Part shown: positions 1-12,657 of the stretch, one piece after another
Position numbering within the stretch: the stretch's first letter is position 1
How the letters are laid out: each line of letters starts with the position of its first letter
Origin: Chlorokybus atmophyticus
Taxonomy: Eukaryota > Plantae > Mesostigma and Chlorokybus algae
Direction: 5' to 3'
NCBI GenBank assembly: GCA_009103225.1
Contig: RHPI01001412.1
Location: 101,840 to 165,839, forward strand
DNA: 64,000 nucleotides
Notes under the pieces: generated by a model
Told to the model about the DNA's origin: nothing
The model's database searches: none
Seen by the model: the letters and a program-made list of their open reading frames with translations, nothing else
Made by a program: the position numbers and the translations under genes

Positions 1-215
1 GATAATGTTCAAGCCATAGTTGCCCCTCAGTTTGCTAGCTCAGTACTACTATACTTACCCAGCCCACAACTATATGTGTCCATATTGCATTGGCTTCAGT
101 CAGTCAAAGCTTACTGTGCAAGCTTGTTTTCCTCTGCGTGTGTGCTGTTGTTCTTACTACCTAGCGTGTTCAAAGCCAACTGCTGTTTGACGGCCAGTTA
201 TGGGTGCTTGTGTAG

Positions 216-1248
216 GCGCCTGAGGTCTTGGCCGAGGTGTTTGGGAAGGAGCGTGTCTTTGGAGGCTACTTCAAGGTGGCCTTGCCATGCATGTGTACAC
301 GCTTGTTGCTGCCACACATGTCGGGTGCATTGGCTTATATAAAGTCTTTATACTTGCAAGCAGATATTTGCAAGGATACAGGAGCCTGGCCATATCCTTC
401 ACACGTGCGGCAACCCGGCGATATGGGGGGTGGGGCCGACACCCACAACAAACCCGGATATCGCTGCGGCTTTTATCCCTCGGATGCAGGCAGTTTTTGC
501 AAAGGTACAAACCTAAGCAGATGCGTCCTGAACAGCACAGTGATATCAAACATAGTCTTACGTGTGTTCTATGTGCACCTTTCCATAGGTGCGGGGCCTC
601 AGCCTAGCTGTTGAAAGCGACATCATCAAAGGCATGTGGACGAAACTGGCAGCACTTGTCGCTCATTCTGCTTCGTGTACAGTCACGCGAGCACCCCTCG
701 GCATTGTGCATGAGGTATCTTGAAAGTTGGCGATCTGTTGTCACTTTGCTATCTGCAGCATGACTGCATGGCAATATGCCCAAATCCTGTCTTTGTGATC
801 TTGAAGGTGCCTGAAGCCAAGGCGATACATGATGCGATTCTGCACGAGATTGGTGATGTCGCGCGTGCACATGATGTTGATCTCACTCATGAAGATGAGG
901 GAGAGTTGATGGCACGCAAAGCCCAGCTTGTGCCAACAGTAAGTAATGTATCCTGTACATGTCAGTCAAGTCATGTGTTTTTTGTTACATAGCACTATTT
1001 GTATCTGCGCTAGTGACCAAAGCAGTGGCACATAGCATCAATCGATGCATCGCTTTACACAGGCGTATTATGAGACGCCTTCCATGATGAGAGACGTCCT
1101 TGAGGGGCTGCCATCAGAGCTTGAGGACCAGTTAGGTGTGGTGGTGAAGCTGGCGAAGGAGAAGAGCGTGCCAGTCCCGGTTACCAGCATTATATATGGC
1201 GCGCTGCTGCCACAAGAGTTGAGAGCCAGAGGACAGCTCAAATTCTAG
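216..1248 (+). CDS. panE: 2-dehydropantoate 2-reductase (ketopantoate reductase, PanE/ApbA family), 3' exons; 5' part lies upstream of the window
   Basis: Manually spliced GT-AG exons 216-275, 364-504, 589-714, 807-938 and 1063-1248 join in frame: APEVLAEVFGKERVFGGYFK-IFARIQEPGHILH...-VRGLSLAVESDIIKGMWTKLAAL...TRAPLG-VPEAKAIHDAILHEIGDVARAHDVDL...-TPSMMRDVLEGLPSELEDQLGVVVKLAKEKSVPVP...ALLPQELRARG. These match the KPR C-terminal motifs (WxKL, SMxxD, E). Confidence 0.88.
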
Positions 1249-1816
1249 GTTATTCTAGGTTATAACTACGTGTTATAGACTGCTGTATATGCGCAGCGAA
1301 TGTTGTCAAGTACATAAATATGGTCTGCACAATGGTCGCCCCATTTGTGTGAATGCATAGCTCCACCTTCGACCCCATACACTTTCATCTCTTGCTTTTT
1401 GTCTGTCTCGGTGCGGCAGTCAAGTTTCAAAACGAATATCGACATGTTTGCCAATATCCTTGGCTGGAAAGCTGACAGGCATTGGCTACACGCCAGGATG
1501 CGCGCAGTACAGTATTCACACTCAAGCAACATTGCTTATATAGTGCAACCAATTCCGAAATGCGACCCCCTGCATACCATCAGCAGCAGCTAGCCCGCAC
1601 GTGTGCTGTGAGTCTACTCGTCCATACTTCTGGTTGTGTAACGTTTGACATCAAACAGCACGACATGGCAATGCAGGCATTGTTACCAAGGTGGGCTACG
1701 CAGCGTGGCGCAGAAGAGACGAACGTAAGTTACACATGTTCAAGCAGCGCAAGCATTCTCGGTAGGCCTAGCCGTGTGTCAAACCCAAACATAGACATCA
1801 GTTCAAAGTTTGAACT

Positions 1817-2627
1817 TGTGAGTGCCTAACTAGTGGACTAACCGAGTTAATGGCCCCTCACTGTAGATATCTGACCTACTGCCTATGTAGGTCCCTCAAA
1901 GCCTCTATATCAAGCCGCGCCCCACTGGAAGCGTTGGAGACTTACCCCCTAGGGCTATGCGCCGGGTCTTACCCCCTAGCACACCAGTTAACGGGGAAGA
2001 ATATGGACCTTTTTCCTTATTTGCTCCTTCATGCATTAATGCATTTACTTTTATAGCCACGTTTCCTAGTTATCCTTATTTCTTTCATGCATTGAACAGC
2101 CATTTAGCCTTTTAAGATCAGTGATAGGCATAGTATAGAAGGCAGTCTCATTTCCATTTTATTTGGTGCTGCGAGCAGTTGCTCAAGTTGCACCCCTGCT
2201 AATACAAGTCCTTTGTGACAAGTGTTTTGCTTGTATAGTGCATGCGCGTGTGAGTGACACTGTGCATGTTGTTGTGCTCATTTTGCATAGTTTTATGCAT
2301 ATATTGAGCTGCTTATCAACGTAGGGATGTAGGTTGGACGGTCCATATCTTCTGGACTTTGATCCAACGGCCCCATCCTACACCGCCCAGCCTATCAGGA
2401 GGCTGAATTCGGTAATGCGCGCGAGTTCCGCGCGTTTGTCGGTCCTCGACCGGACTTTGCCGGTCGCGACTGGCGTCCTTTGATCATTTGATCATTTGAG
2501 CTTCATTAACGCTTACTTAGGTAAGTATTTGAGGGATTCTTATCCTCTATTCTCTTAGCTCTTATCCTTACTACCATACCCTAGAGGGTGGGTCCACAGG
2601 GTTTCTGTGGACGGCCCCTCGCTTCCT
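1817..2627 (+). repeat. 5' LTR of Gypsy element 1
   Basis: Starts tgtgagtgcctaactagtgg and aligns with 9906-10723 with many substitutions and small indels; terminal ACA missing at the LTR/PBS junction. Confidence 0.9.
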
Positions 2628-2638
2628 GATATCGGAGC
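2627..2638 (+). promoter_or_regulatory. Degenerate primer-binding site (tRNA-iMet type)
   Basis: tgatatcggagc, one mismatch from the tggtatcggagc PBS of the chromovirus at 16827-16838. Confidence 0.7.
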
Positions 2639-2737
2639 CAGTCTCGCCTACGCCAGTCGGGCGTGAAAACATTCAAAATCCTGTGGGGGGGTTTGTTACA
2701 ATTGTAATAAACCCTTTGGGCCTATCATATCAGTACA

Positions 2738-5700
2738 ATGAGTACTAATAGCAACAGCGGGGATTCCATCAATGACGATCCCAACCGACAAGAAATTAAG
2801 GAGGATACCGACAGTATGCACAGTGTTGCAGTTGCTACTACCGGTATTCCTGCCCCGAGAGCAGCACCTATCGTGCCTAAATCGGCACAAAGAAAGTTTC
2901 CGATGCCAACATTAATGACCTCCTCGGGGAAATCCCATGAAGATGTTGGTCGGTGGATTTTACACTTCAACCGTTTAGCGCGGTTATATCAATGGTCTGA
3001 GGATGAGAAGTTTGTTTTAGCGAACACATACTTGCGCGATGGCGCACAAGAATGGTTCGACCATTCAGATTGTGATACTTGGGGACAATTTGAGAAAGCA
3101 TTACGCGTGCGTGTTGACACTGATGATCCCAACGTGTGGACGACGAAATTAAACAGTCGTAAATAAGAAGTTGGTGAATCAGTGCAAACATGCGCAGATG
3201 GCGTTCAAGTCCTCATAGACAAACTCGGGGGGAAAACCTTCCCCGCAGCGTGGCGCAAGGTACGCTTTATTCAAAGACTTCTCCCTCACTTACATGAAAA
3301 GGTGACTGCACGCATACCCAAAACCTTTGAGGATGCATTACGGGATGCGATATACTTTGAGTCCGTGGCCTCGGTTGAACAGCAAGCAAAGGCCAAAGAT
3401 AAAGACAAGGTTAATGCCGTAGAAGCACGTGATCGAGCGTACAATGCACCCTAACCCTTGAGAAAAAGGTTGATAACCTACTTAGAAGCTTGAGCAATTA
3501 GTGAACTCTCACACCCAAATGGTGAAGCAAACTAAGTACTCCGAGTATAAAAGCGTTGACATATCAAAGTCAAGCTACAATGGTGCTAAGAAAAACTCCA
3601 ACAGAAGCAACCTGCATTGCACATATTATGACAAACCGGGTCACACTGCAGGAGGATGCTTCATCAAAGAGAGGGATGATTTGCGCACGCAAGTGCACAA
3701 CAGTTCCTCACAGCGGCAAGTGCAGACAATAAGTTTGCAAGACTTGGTCACTGAGGACAATGCCTTTGCAATGACAAGTTCTACCTCAAGTGGGAAGGTC
3801 TTTGTACCTCCTAAGGCCGAGGTGAGAGCAAGTGTGTCACAAGTTGACTTTACAGATTTACCGAATGTACAAGTACCTAAAGGTGCTAAGTACAAGTGGA
3901 TTCGAACAGTTGGACAATATGACAGCTGAAATCTCAATCAAGCAATTGTTCGAGGTTAGCCCTGAGTATTATCAACAATTGCTCGATTACTTGCATGGGT
4001 TGGCCAATGAAACTGATCGTATCAAAACCACAGAGTTTCCCAGCCCTATTGCCATGGCAGTGCGCTACAAAATTACAATAGCAATGGTTCACGTTTGTGT
4101 CAGTGGCCCGAGTTGGAGTTGAAGTTGGAAGCTGTCGTAAATTCTGGTGCGGCATGCACGGTAATGGGCATTGCAACTGCTCGCAAGCTTGGGCTTGACA
4201 AAACAATGCAAGCCACAACGCGCATTATGCGCATAGCCAACGGACAGGAATGTTGCTTCCTCGGCACGTTACCACAGCATAACATCACAATTGGCAATGT
4301 GACACGAGCAATGGACATAGAAATAAGTCCATCACTGGACTACAGTCTGTTGATTGGTACCAACTGGCTGCATAAAGCCGGTGCGAAGTTGGATTATTCA
4401 ACCCAACAAATGACATTTGCATGTAAGCCACATGGCAGGAGTGTTGAAGTAGACTTATACTTCATGTATGAGCCTGCATTGACTTGTTTGGTGGCTGCAA
4501 CTTTGCGCGAACAACGCGCACATACCGTTTGTGATATCGCAAACACACAATTTAAAGTGTTGGATACATTGACATCTGATGAACAACAACAGTTGATGGT
4601 ACTGTTGGAATTCAACACAGACAACTTTGCAAAAAAGTGGGAACTTCTCTCTCACACACCTTTGGTCAAGCATGCCATTGACACAGGGGATGCAAAGCCT
4701 ATCAAACAGAGACCTTACCGTTTGTCGTTGATAGAACGCAAGCAGGTCAACGAGGAAGTTGAGAAAATGCTCAATGCAAACATCATTTGCCCTTCCAATA
4801 GTCCGTGGGCTTTACCAGTGGTGATGGTGCCAAAGCCGGATGGAAGTATACGCTTCTGTATTAACTATCGCAAGCTAAACGCTGTGTCAAAGAAAGACGC
4901 GTACCCACTTCCGCGCTGCGATTATGTGTTGGAAAAAGTGGGCAATGCCAAGTTCTTTTCAAGCTTGGACGCTTTGCAAGGACATTGGCAAGTACTTGTC
5001 AAAGAAAATAACAAAGAAAAGATAGCATTTGCCACACATAATGGCTTGTATGAGTGGAATTGTATGCCATTTGGGTTAACCAATGCCCCGGCAACATTTT
5101 AATGCTTGACGAATGAAGTGCTCAAGGACTACATCGGTGACTTTGTCACTGTGTACTTGAATGATATACTCATCTTCTCAAACACTTTATAAAGAGCATC
5201 TTGACATTTGAAACAAGGTGTTTGCTGTATTGCGAAAGGCAGTCATCAAGTTGAATGCACAAAAGTGCTTATTTGCAATGACAGAAGTTAAGCATTTAGG
5301 CCACCATGTGTCTGTGGCAGGCACACTACCCCAACTTGAAAAGGTTGAAGCTATGCGCAATTGGTCCGCACCTAAGAGTGTGACACAAGTCAGGTCTTTT
5401 CTCGGATTGGCCTCATATTACAGATGGTTCATTCCCAACTTTGCACAAATTGCGCAACTATTGCATGACCTCACCAAAAAGGGGTTAGAGTTTAAGTGGG
5501 GGCCGGGACAACAGCAAGCATTTAATGCGCTCAAGCTAAGCCTCACCACAGCGCCTGTGTTTATTAGACCTAACCCAAGCAAACCATTTTGCTTGATGAC
5601 TGATGCCTCAGACTTTGCACTTGGTGCGGTACTAGCACAGTACACAGATGATGGCAAAGAACGAGTCATTGCGTATGCGAGCAGATTGCTCAACTCCGCA

Positions 5701-7534
5701 GAAAAACTACAGTGTCTCTGAAAAGGAGTGCTTGGCCATCGTGTGGGGTGTCTCAATGTGGAGAGTGTACTTACATGGCAACAAGTTTATTGTACTCATA
5801 GACCATCACTCTCTGAAGTGGTTAATGACCACAAAGGAATTCACAGGTCGGCTTGCCCGATGGGCTTTAAAATTGCAGCAATATGACTTTGACATTCAGT
5901 ACCGTCCTGGTGAAAAGAATGGCAATGTGGATGCACTAAGCCGCATGCTTGTCTCAGACCCAAAAATACCGCCACTGATGCCAGTGACAATGGTACTCAT
6001 CGTGGGGGCAGTTGAAGCTCAAGTGAGCTTCGGTCTCACAAGGGAGGAGCTCACTGATAGCTCAGACTCATACTTTCATCTGAGTGATGAAGTTAAGAAA
6101 TGTTTTGCAACTCCAAGTGAGATAGCTTCAAAAGAAGCTCTGACACCCGAGGGAGAGTCATCTCCACCTCACAAGAAATTGCGGTACTCGTATTGCTACA
6201 TACGCAATCAGCATGAGACTAGAAATTGCCCATACAAGTCCACCATCAAGTTCAAAAATGTGCTTGATGATGCACAAGTGATTGATTACCTCACAAGGGG
6301 GAAGGATGCATTAACTGAAAAGCCCCGAGGTATTAGAAGAAAGGTGATCAGCAGAGACAAACGCTATTTTGTAAATGAGCAAGGTTTGTGGCTGAAGTTA
6401 ACCTCTACAGATGAGAAGGACATATTGATCCCTCCACATGAGACCCGTGCTAAGTTCATTGCGGATGCGCATGATAACTTAGGCCATCGTTCCGCCACAG
6501 TGGTGTGCAAATGGCTGAGAAAGCGATGCTTTTGGTACAAAATGGAGGAGGCAGTCAAAAAGTATGTAAAAACATGCACAGAATGCCAAGCTAACGCTTT
6601 CAAAGTGCGTGAATCTGCACCACTCAAGCCAATCAAAGTGAGTGCAGTAGCATTTGAGAGAGTAAGCACTGACCTCATAGGGCCGATTGAGCCACCAACC
6701 CTCCGTGGCAACACATACGTGATCACTGCCATTGATCACCTAACCAAGTGGGCTGAGGCTCGAGCCTTGCCAAACAAAGAGGCAAGAAGTGTCTATCCCT
6801 TCATCATGGAGGACATTATAGGCCGACATGGCCTTCTTAAAATCTTGCAAAGTGATCAGGGAAAGGAGTTTATGCAACAGCAGTTGCTCAACGAGTTGGA
6901 CAGAATGCAGATTGCACATTGTAAAACTGCTTCATACCACCCACAAACCAATGGGTGACTTGAGAGATTCAATCAAACCATCAAATCTGCAATTGCCAAG
7001 TACGCACAGACGTACACAGACAGGTGGGATGATATATTGCCTGCAATGTTTAGATATTGCGCGATGCGCCAGCGCAGCACGACATTCTCCCCTTTTCGCA
7101 TGATGTACAATCGTGAACCACAACTCCCTATCGACAGTGCAATTGATGGAAACAATTTTCAAGTCATGGACTTGGAAGATTTGGACGGAGAATGGTTTAT
7201 TAAACATGGACAGGCATTGTAAAAGTTACATGAACATGCGGCAAAAATTATTGCTAAAGCTCAGGCAAAGCAATCTGCTGAATTCTTATCTCGCAAAACT
7301 CCCATTAACCCTCGCAATGCGTCTTGGTTGAAAAGGAAGCAACGTGTGAAGTTACGCATGCCCCCGCGCACAAATAAAAGCACCGCAAAATGGCTCGTGA
7401 ATTACGAGATCAAACGCATTTGCAACCAAGAAAGAAATCAAGTGGAAGTCAGGCATTTTGACACCGGCACCTACAGAACGGTGCATGTCAACAGGCTTGC
7501 CCCTTATTTTGTGAGGGGTGAGGAAATTAATTAA
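2738..7534 (+). pseudogene. gag-pol of Gypsy element 1 (capsid, degenerate CCHC, protease, RT, RNase H, integrase), disrupted
   Basis: Gag WILHFNRLA...YLRDGAQEWF; knuckle CTYYDKPGHTAGGC; protease VVNSGA (D to N); RT FCINYRKLN...LDALQGHWQV and YLND (YLDD mutated); RNase H TDASDFALGAVL; integrase HHCC, DLIGP and SDQGKEF; several in-frame stops and frameshifts. Confidence 0.93.
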
Positions 7535-8179
7535 TTTCCTTGATTTACCCCAAAAGGGGTATTATGGTCCTTATGGGCCCTCAACTTAGGCGTGGAGCAG
7601 CCGGGTTGAAGTAACGCGCTCAACTTTGGCCCAAATCGGGTCCTGTGGTGAGTTTTTCAGTTGTTGGTCACCACAAACCAACAATTAAACTGCCAGGGCG
7701 GCGACTTTATGGCCGGCCAATCAGAACGCGGCGCCGCCCGCGTGGCAGGCCACGCCGCCCGCGGCCGACTGACGCGCTGTCAGTCAACAACATGGGTCAA
7801 CGCGGCCGCAAACCGCTGACCAACGTGCCCTTAACTGGGTTGGGACGCAATTTTATGGCCGAATTGGCTAAGTATCTAACTGTGACCGCGGTATTTGCGT
7901 CACAGTCAATGAATCTGTGAGTTTCGCCTCTGGCATATAGATAGGCGCCAGCGTCCTCACCGCCAGGGAAATGACTGTGCGGTGACTTTGACGTAGTCGT
8001 TCTACTTGTTGGAGCCGAGGTAAGCTCTGAAATTTGGTGTGTATCTGCCATGGCTCATCCACAATGCATGCCAAGTGTTGCATTCAAGTTTCATGATGTA
8101 AACACGAAGCATTTCATGCATTTGTGGCCATAGGTACATTGTGCACATCTAACACGCGCGTGTGTATGCATAGGTCACA

Positions 8180-9847
8180 ATGCCTCGTGCACGCTTCTTC
8201 CTGGACGTGCGTGAGTACCCAAGTGACCTTCCCAACAACTTGTGGGACAAGATACCACGCCATTACCCGTCCGGGCATCGCGTGCGCGGCGAAGCCAACA
8301 CGGTCTCCCGCGTGAACCATATGAACAAGTGGCGGAAAGCATGCGGCCTCTACAAGCTTCACCCCGGCGGCATGGTTCCCGAACGCGCCGACGAGCCCGA
8401 GTACCCGAAGGTGCCTCACCCGCCACCCTTCGTGTACAAAGGAGGCGATAAAGGGAAGAAGGTAGCGGCGAGCCCTACCTCCACCCCGCCTCGACGTAAG
8501 CTGATGACACCCCTCGTGCTTCTATGGAGGTACGACCTTATGATAGACGAGCACCTAGGGGCAAACGTAGCAAATGCACGCGCAAGCGCAAGCGCGAGCC
8601 CCTATTCGTGTTCGCACGCTTACGTCCACGTGTGTCCTTTCACGATCGTCACCTCATAGGAAGACACTTATGCACATGTGTTTATGTCAAGGTGGTGGAC
8701 AACACCACGGACGAAGACACCACATCCAAGGCCAAAGGGAAGGCTAAAGAGTTCTCCGGGGACGAGGTAGACTATGGACTCGCCGACTCGGCGCCCTCGT
8801 CGCCACCACCCGAATCGGCTAAAGAGGAAGAAGAAATGGTGGACATCATTACCGTGGACTCCCCTCTAGACTCGCAACATGAAGCCACCACTTCTAAGGT
8901 GTGTGCTTGAGAGTATGAGTGTCTTAGGCGTGCAGATGCACCGTGTTTTTCATTTCTCTGCAAGTGCAGTCCACATGAACAACTTGTACGCATTATGTGT
9001 GCTGTGTGGTTTATCTTATGAGCAAAAACTTGGCAGTAATGTTGCACATACTGTGCAATATTTATGTGTCAACTTTCATGCTTTTTGGCCAAGCAATGCA
9101 AAAGTTGGCAATGCCATTGCGCGTGTATGACCTGTTTATCTAAGGCCAGGCAGTCCTTTCATGCTGCATTTTGCCTAATTCTTGCTATGTTTGATAAATT
9201 TGACGAGTTATTAACATGCGATGCTGTTTCGGTAAGCCGCCGCGGCTCCCTCTTCGCCGCCGCCGCCGCCGCCAATAACTGCTGTCACTGCTGATGAAGT
9301 AACGGTAGTGCTGTCAGCACTGGCAAAAATGCATACAGTCGTACGCACGCCGCCGAGGAAGCGGCGCGCTGCCGACCGGACTGACAAGCCGGCGACGCAG
9401 CGGTCTGTCAAGCCAATTGCTTCCATCACCGCCATTACCACTGACAAGCTTGACAAGCATGCAACCGCATTTAATGATGTTTGTGACCAGCTTGCAGACG
9501 CGCCACTGCTGCGCAGTAGGCGTCACGTGAGTGGTGAGCCTGTACCGGTTTCACGCCGCGAACCGGAAGTATCAAACCCGAGAGCAATTCTTAACTCAAC
9601 TTGAGCTGTTCCTGACCCTGGACCTCAAGCCGGGCCTTCGTCAAGTACTACCCCGTTTGGAGGAGGCATGTCCGCGGTTAGGGTATTGTTTCAGTCAAAT
9701 TATCTTGTCATTATACCAGGGATACCGCCACACCAAGTAGCTGGAAAGCAGTTGGTTGGCGACCAAAAAGATTGGGTTCTGAAGTGGCATCCGGCTACCA
9801 ACCCTTGTGGTGTGGAGCTTACTTTGACGCCTCGCGGTCACTTTTGA
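8180..9847 (+). pseudogene. Accessory ORF of unknown function between pol and the 3' LTR, probably spliced and disrupted
   Basis: ATG at 8180 just after an acceptor-like tgcatag; coding-like segments 8180-8659, 8524-8898 (ends at AAG|gtgtgt) and 9308-9847 (one in-frame TGA at 9602-9604). Confidence 0.5.
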
Positions 9848-9905
9848 CCGTACACTTGTAACCGCTCACGTGAGCTTGGTTTAATAGGGGAGGACTTCCT
9901 ACAGC

Positions 9906-10726
9906 TGTAAGTGCCTAACTAGTGAACTAACCGAGTTAATGGCCCCACACTGTAGATATCTGACCTACTGCCCATGTAGGTCCCTCAAAGCCTCCATATC
10001 AAGCCGCGCCCCACTGGAAGCGTTTGAGACTTACCCCCTAGGGCTAGGCGCCGGGTCTGACCCCCCAGCACACCAGTAAACGGGGAAGAATATGGACCTT
10101 TTTCCTTATTTGCTCCTTCATGCATTAATGAATTTACTTTTATAACCATGTTTCCTAGTTATCCTTATTTCTTTCATGCATTAGACAGCCATTTAGCCTT
10201 TTAAGATCAGTGATAGGCATAGTATAAAAGGCAGTCTCATTCCCATTTCATTTGGTGCTTCGAGCAGTTGCTCAAGTTGCACCCCTGCTAATGCAAGTCC
10301 TTTGTGACAAGTGTTTTGCTTGTATATTTGCATGCGCGTGTGAGTGACACTATGCATGTTGTTGTGCTCATTTTGCATATTTTTATGCATATATTTGAGC
10401 TGTTTATCAACGTGGGGATGTAGGTTGGACGGTCCATATCTTCTGGACTTTGATCCAACGGCCCCATTCTTGTCTGCACCGCTCAGCCTATCACAAGGCT
10501 GAATTTGGTAATGCGCGCGAGTTCCGCGCGTTTGTTGGTCATCGACCGGACTTGACCGGTCGCAACCAGCGTCCTTTGATCATTTGATCATTTGAGCTTC
10601 ATCAACGCTTATTTAGGTAAGTGTTTGAGGGATTCTTACCCTCTATTCTCTTAGCTCTTATCCTTACTACCATACCCTAGAGGGTGGGTCCACAGGGTTT
10701 CTGTGGACGGCCCCTCGCTTCCTACA
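9906..10726 (+). repeat. 3' LTR of Gypsy element 1
   Basis: tgtaagtgcc...cttcctaca; purine tract aataggggagga at 9883-9894. Confidence 0.92.
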
Positions 10727-11661
10727 AACTCAAACCCAAAGCAGCATACTCCACCCCGCGTAGGCAAACTAACATACCAGTTGCTAATTGCCGATTGAAG
10801 CATAGTTGACTAACGAGCGTTATCAGTAGCGACGGAAGCAAACGCATGTTGCGCATATCAACGTTGAGTGCCTGCTTGGTAGTGTGGGCGGTGTCGACAA
10901 GGAAAGGATGGCGGCGGCGGTGGCGGGCAAGAAGGCGTAGTGTCTGCTGTTGATTGGAGTTACAATACTTGATTGCACAATTTATGACTGCGTGCTGCTT
11001 GATCCTCGACGGTGGACATCTCCTAACACGGTAAGGTTTGGTCTGGTGTGGTCTGCTATGCAGCCGGCTTGCAGCTTGTGTTTGCTGTGGTTTTGGCGTG
11101 TATACTTGCATTGCAATCATTATTACTTGACCTCTGCATGACAACAAGCGTGTGTTTTGCAGCTTACTTCAAGAACGTCATTGGGGCTGTGCTCCTGTAA
11201 AGCCCTGGCATGTTTGTATGGCGTTTCGTCATGCTGTGGCCAATGCTAAGCACATGGGCAGTGACTGCTTGGAGAGTGAATACGTTTGTGTGCGCTTGCT
11301 TGCTTTGTTCAGGTAAGTGGTATGTGTCTCTGCTCACGTCGCCATGCATGCACAGAACAGATCGGACACAGTTTTTGCATGATTAAGCCTGCACTTTTCA
11401 CTTTATGTGCACAAGTGCGTTTCCGCAAGCTAACATTGCATGACAGTTTTGCAGATAGCGTTGCACAACTGTCATAGCAGCGGGCGTAGTGTGATGCAAG
11501 TTTGGTCCAAGTCATGTTAGCAATGTGTTCAGCAGCTGTTAGACTCAGCTAGGCATTGAGCCGCGAGCACTTTAGTCAAGAAGTGCACGCTTTTTGGGAA
11601 GGACTGGAGTCGCAGTTGGACGCTACATGCATGCATGAAAGCACACTTCTGTTGCATTAAA

Positions 11662-11725
11662 AGTAAATTTGCAAGGCGCCCAGGTATCCTGCTAGCAGGA
11701 TACCTGGGCGCCTTGCAAATTTACT
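11662..11725. repeat. Perfect 64-bp palindrome (32-bp arms, no loop)
   Basis: agtaaatttgcaaggcgcccaggtatcctgct|agcaggatacctgggcgccttgcaaatttact. Confidence 0.97.
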
Positions 11726-11763
11726 CACTCCTGTTGTTGTGCTTGTGTGGTGTAGCAGACAGC

Positions 11764-12657
11764 ATGAAGTGGCAGGGTGCAAATTCTAAGCTCACAGTTC
11801 GGCTGCTGAACCATCACGGCAACGCTTCTGGACCCGGAAGTGACCCACAACAACAAGACATACGTCATCGGGTCACCCGGAGCCAGCTTTGAGATTGAAT
11901 GCTGCGCAGCAGCCTGCAGCTTTTCCAACCCCACCCACGAGCCTGTCATTGTTGCATTGGCTATTGACAGCAAGCGTCTTGCTTACTGCAGCACAAGCCG
12001 TCTAAGCAGACCCGTCATATTTATAGGATGGCTTGCAGCAACAGATTTCTCGGAATACCAGCGCTTCATATTCTCATCTCCTGGTGCTGTTGGCTCAGGT
12101 GAGTCGGATGATACTCAGGCAGGGCTGGTGAACATTAACTGCTCCGTTAGTGGGCTTCACTCCCGGTTGCCCAAGTCATGAATTTGATGAGCTGGGTTCA
12201 AAGAGAGTGGAGAATCTAGCTGGGAAGATGTTTTTTTCAATCGGCCTTGCTCGTTACTGCTGCTGGTGATAAGGTCAGCTGCCCACCAACTGGAATGGTG
12301 TACTATCCTGCTCGAGGGCACAGTCTCGGATCCTTCTCGCTGCGCGTGGAGATAGCAGAAGTGCTCTTGTTGCGAGGCGTGTTGTCGCACGCCAACTATG
12401 AACACGCGAAGCTGCTGCCACCAGCTTCGCAACGGAGCAGTGTTGTTGACAATGCTGCTGGCAATGCTGCTGGCGATGCTGTTGCCCCATGTGCCACTTT
12501 CAACAAACGCATGAAGTTGGAGGCACCTGCGAGGCGGCGTGTCCATACCAAAGATAGAGTGCATGATCTCACCGGCGACAGCAGTGAGGACGATGAAATT
12601 CAGGTGTGGACAATTGCCGAAAAGGCCAAAACAGAGCAAGCTGTGGAAATCTGCTGA
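11764..12657 (+). pseudogene. DUF7918-like family copy 1 (frameshifted)
   Basis: MKWQGANSKLTVRLLNHHGN.., THNNKTYVIGSPGASFEIECC.., ETAEVLLLRGVLS-like and VHDLTGDSSEDDEIQVW segments are spread over three frames; homologous to the intact ORFs at 51513-52373 and 55166-56035. Confidence 0.85.

Larger units (their letters stand above)
1817..10726 (+). mobile_element. Ty3/Gypsy LTR retrotransposon, non-chromodomain, decayed, full length with extra 3' region
   Basis: Direct LTRs of about 810-820 bp (TGT...ACA); 4-bp TSD AACT at 1813-1816 and 10727-10730; gag-PR-RT-RH-IN order; integrase ends in a GPY/F-like domain (VHVNRLAPY) with no chromodomain. Confidence 0.93.

Noticed and set aside
1817-10726. 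DIRS/tyrosine-recombinase interpretation prompted by the duplicated LTR end at 9895-9903
   Set aside because: The element has a DDE integrase, direct LTRs and a TSD; no YR motif.
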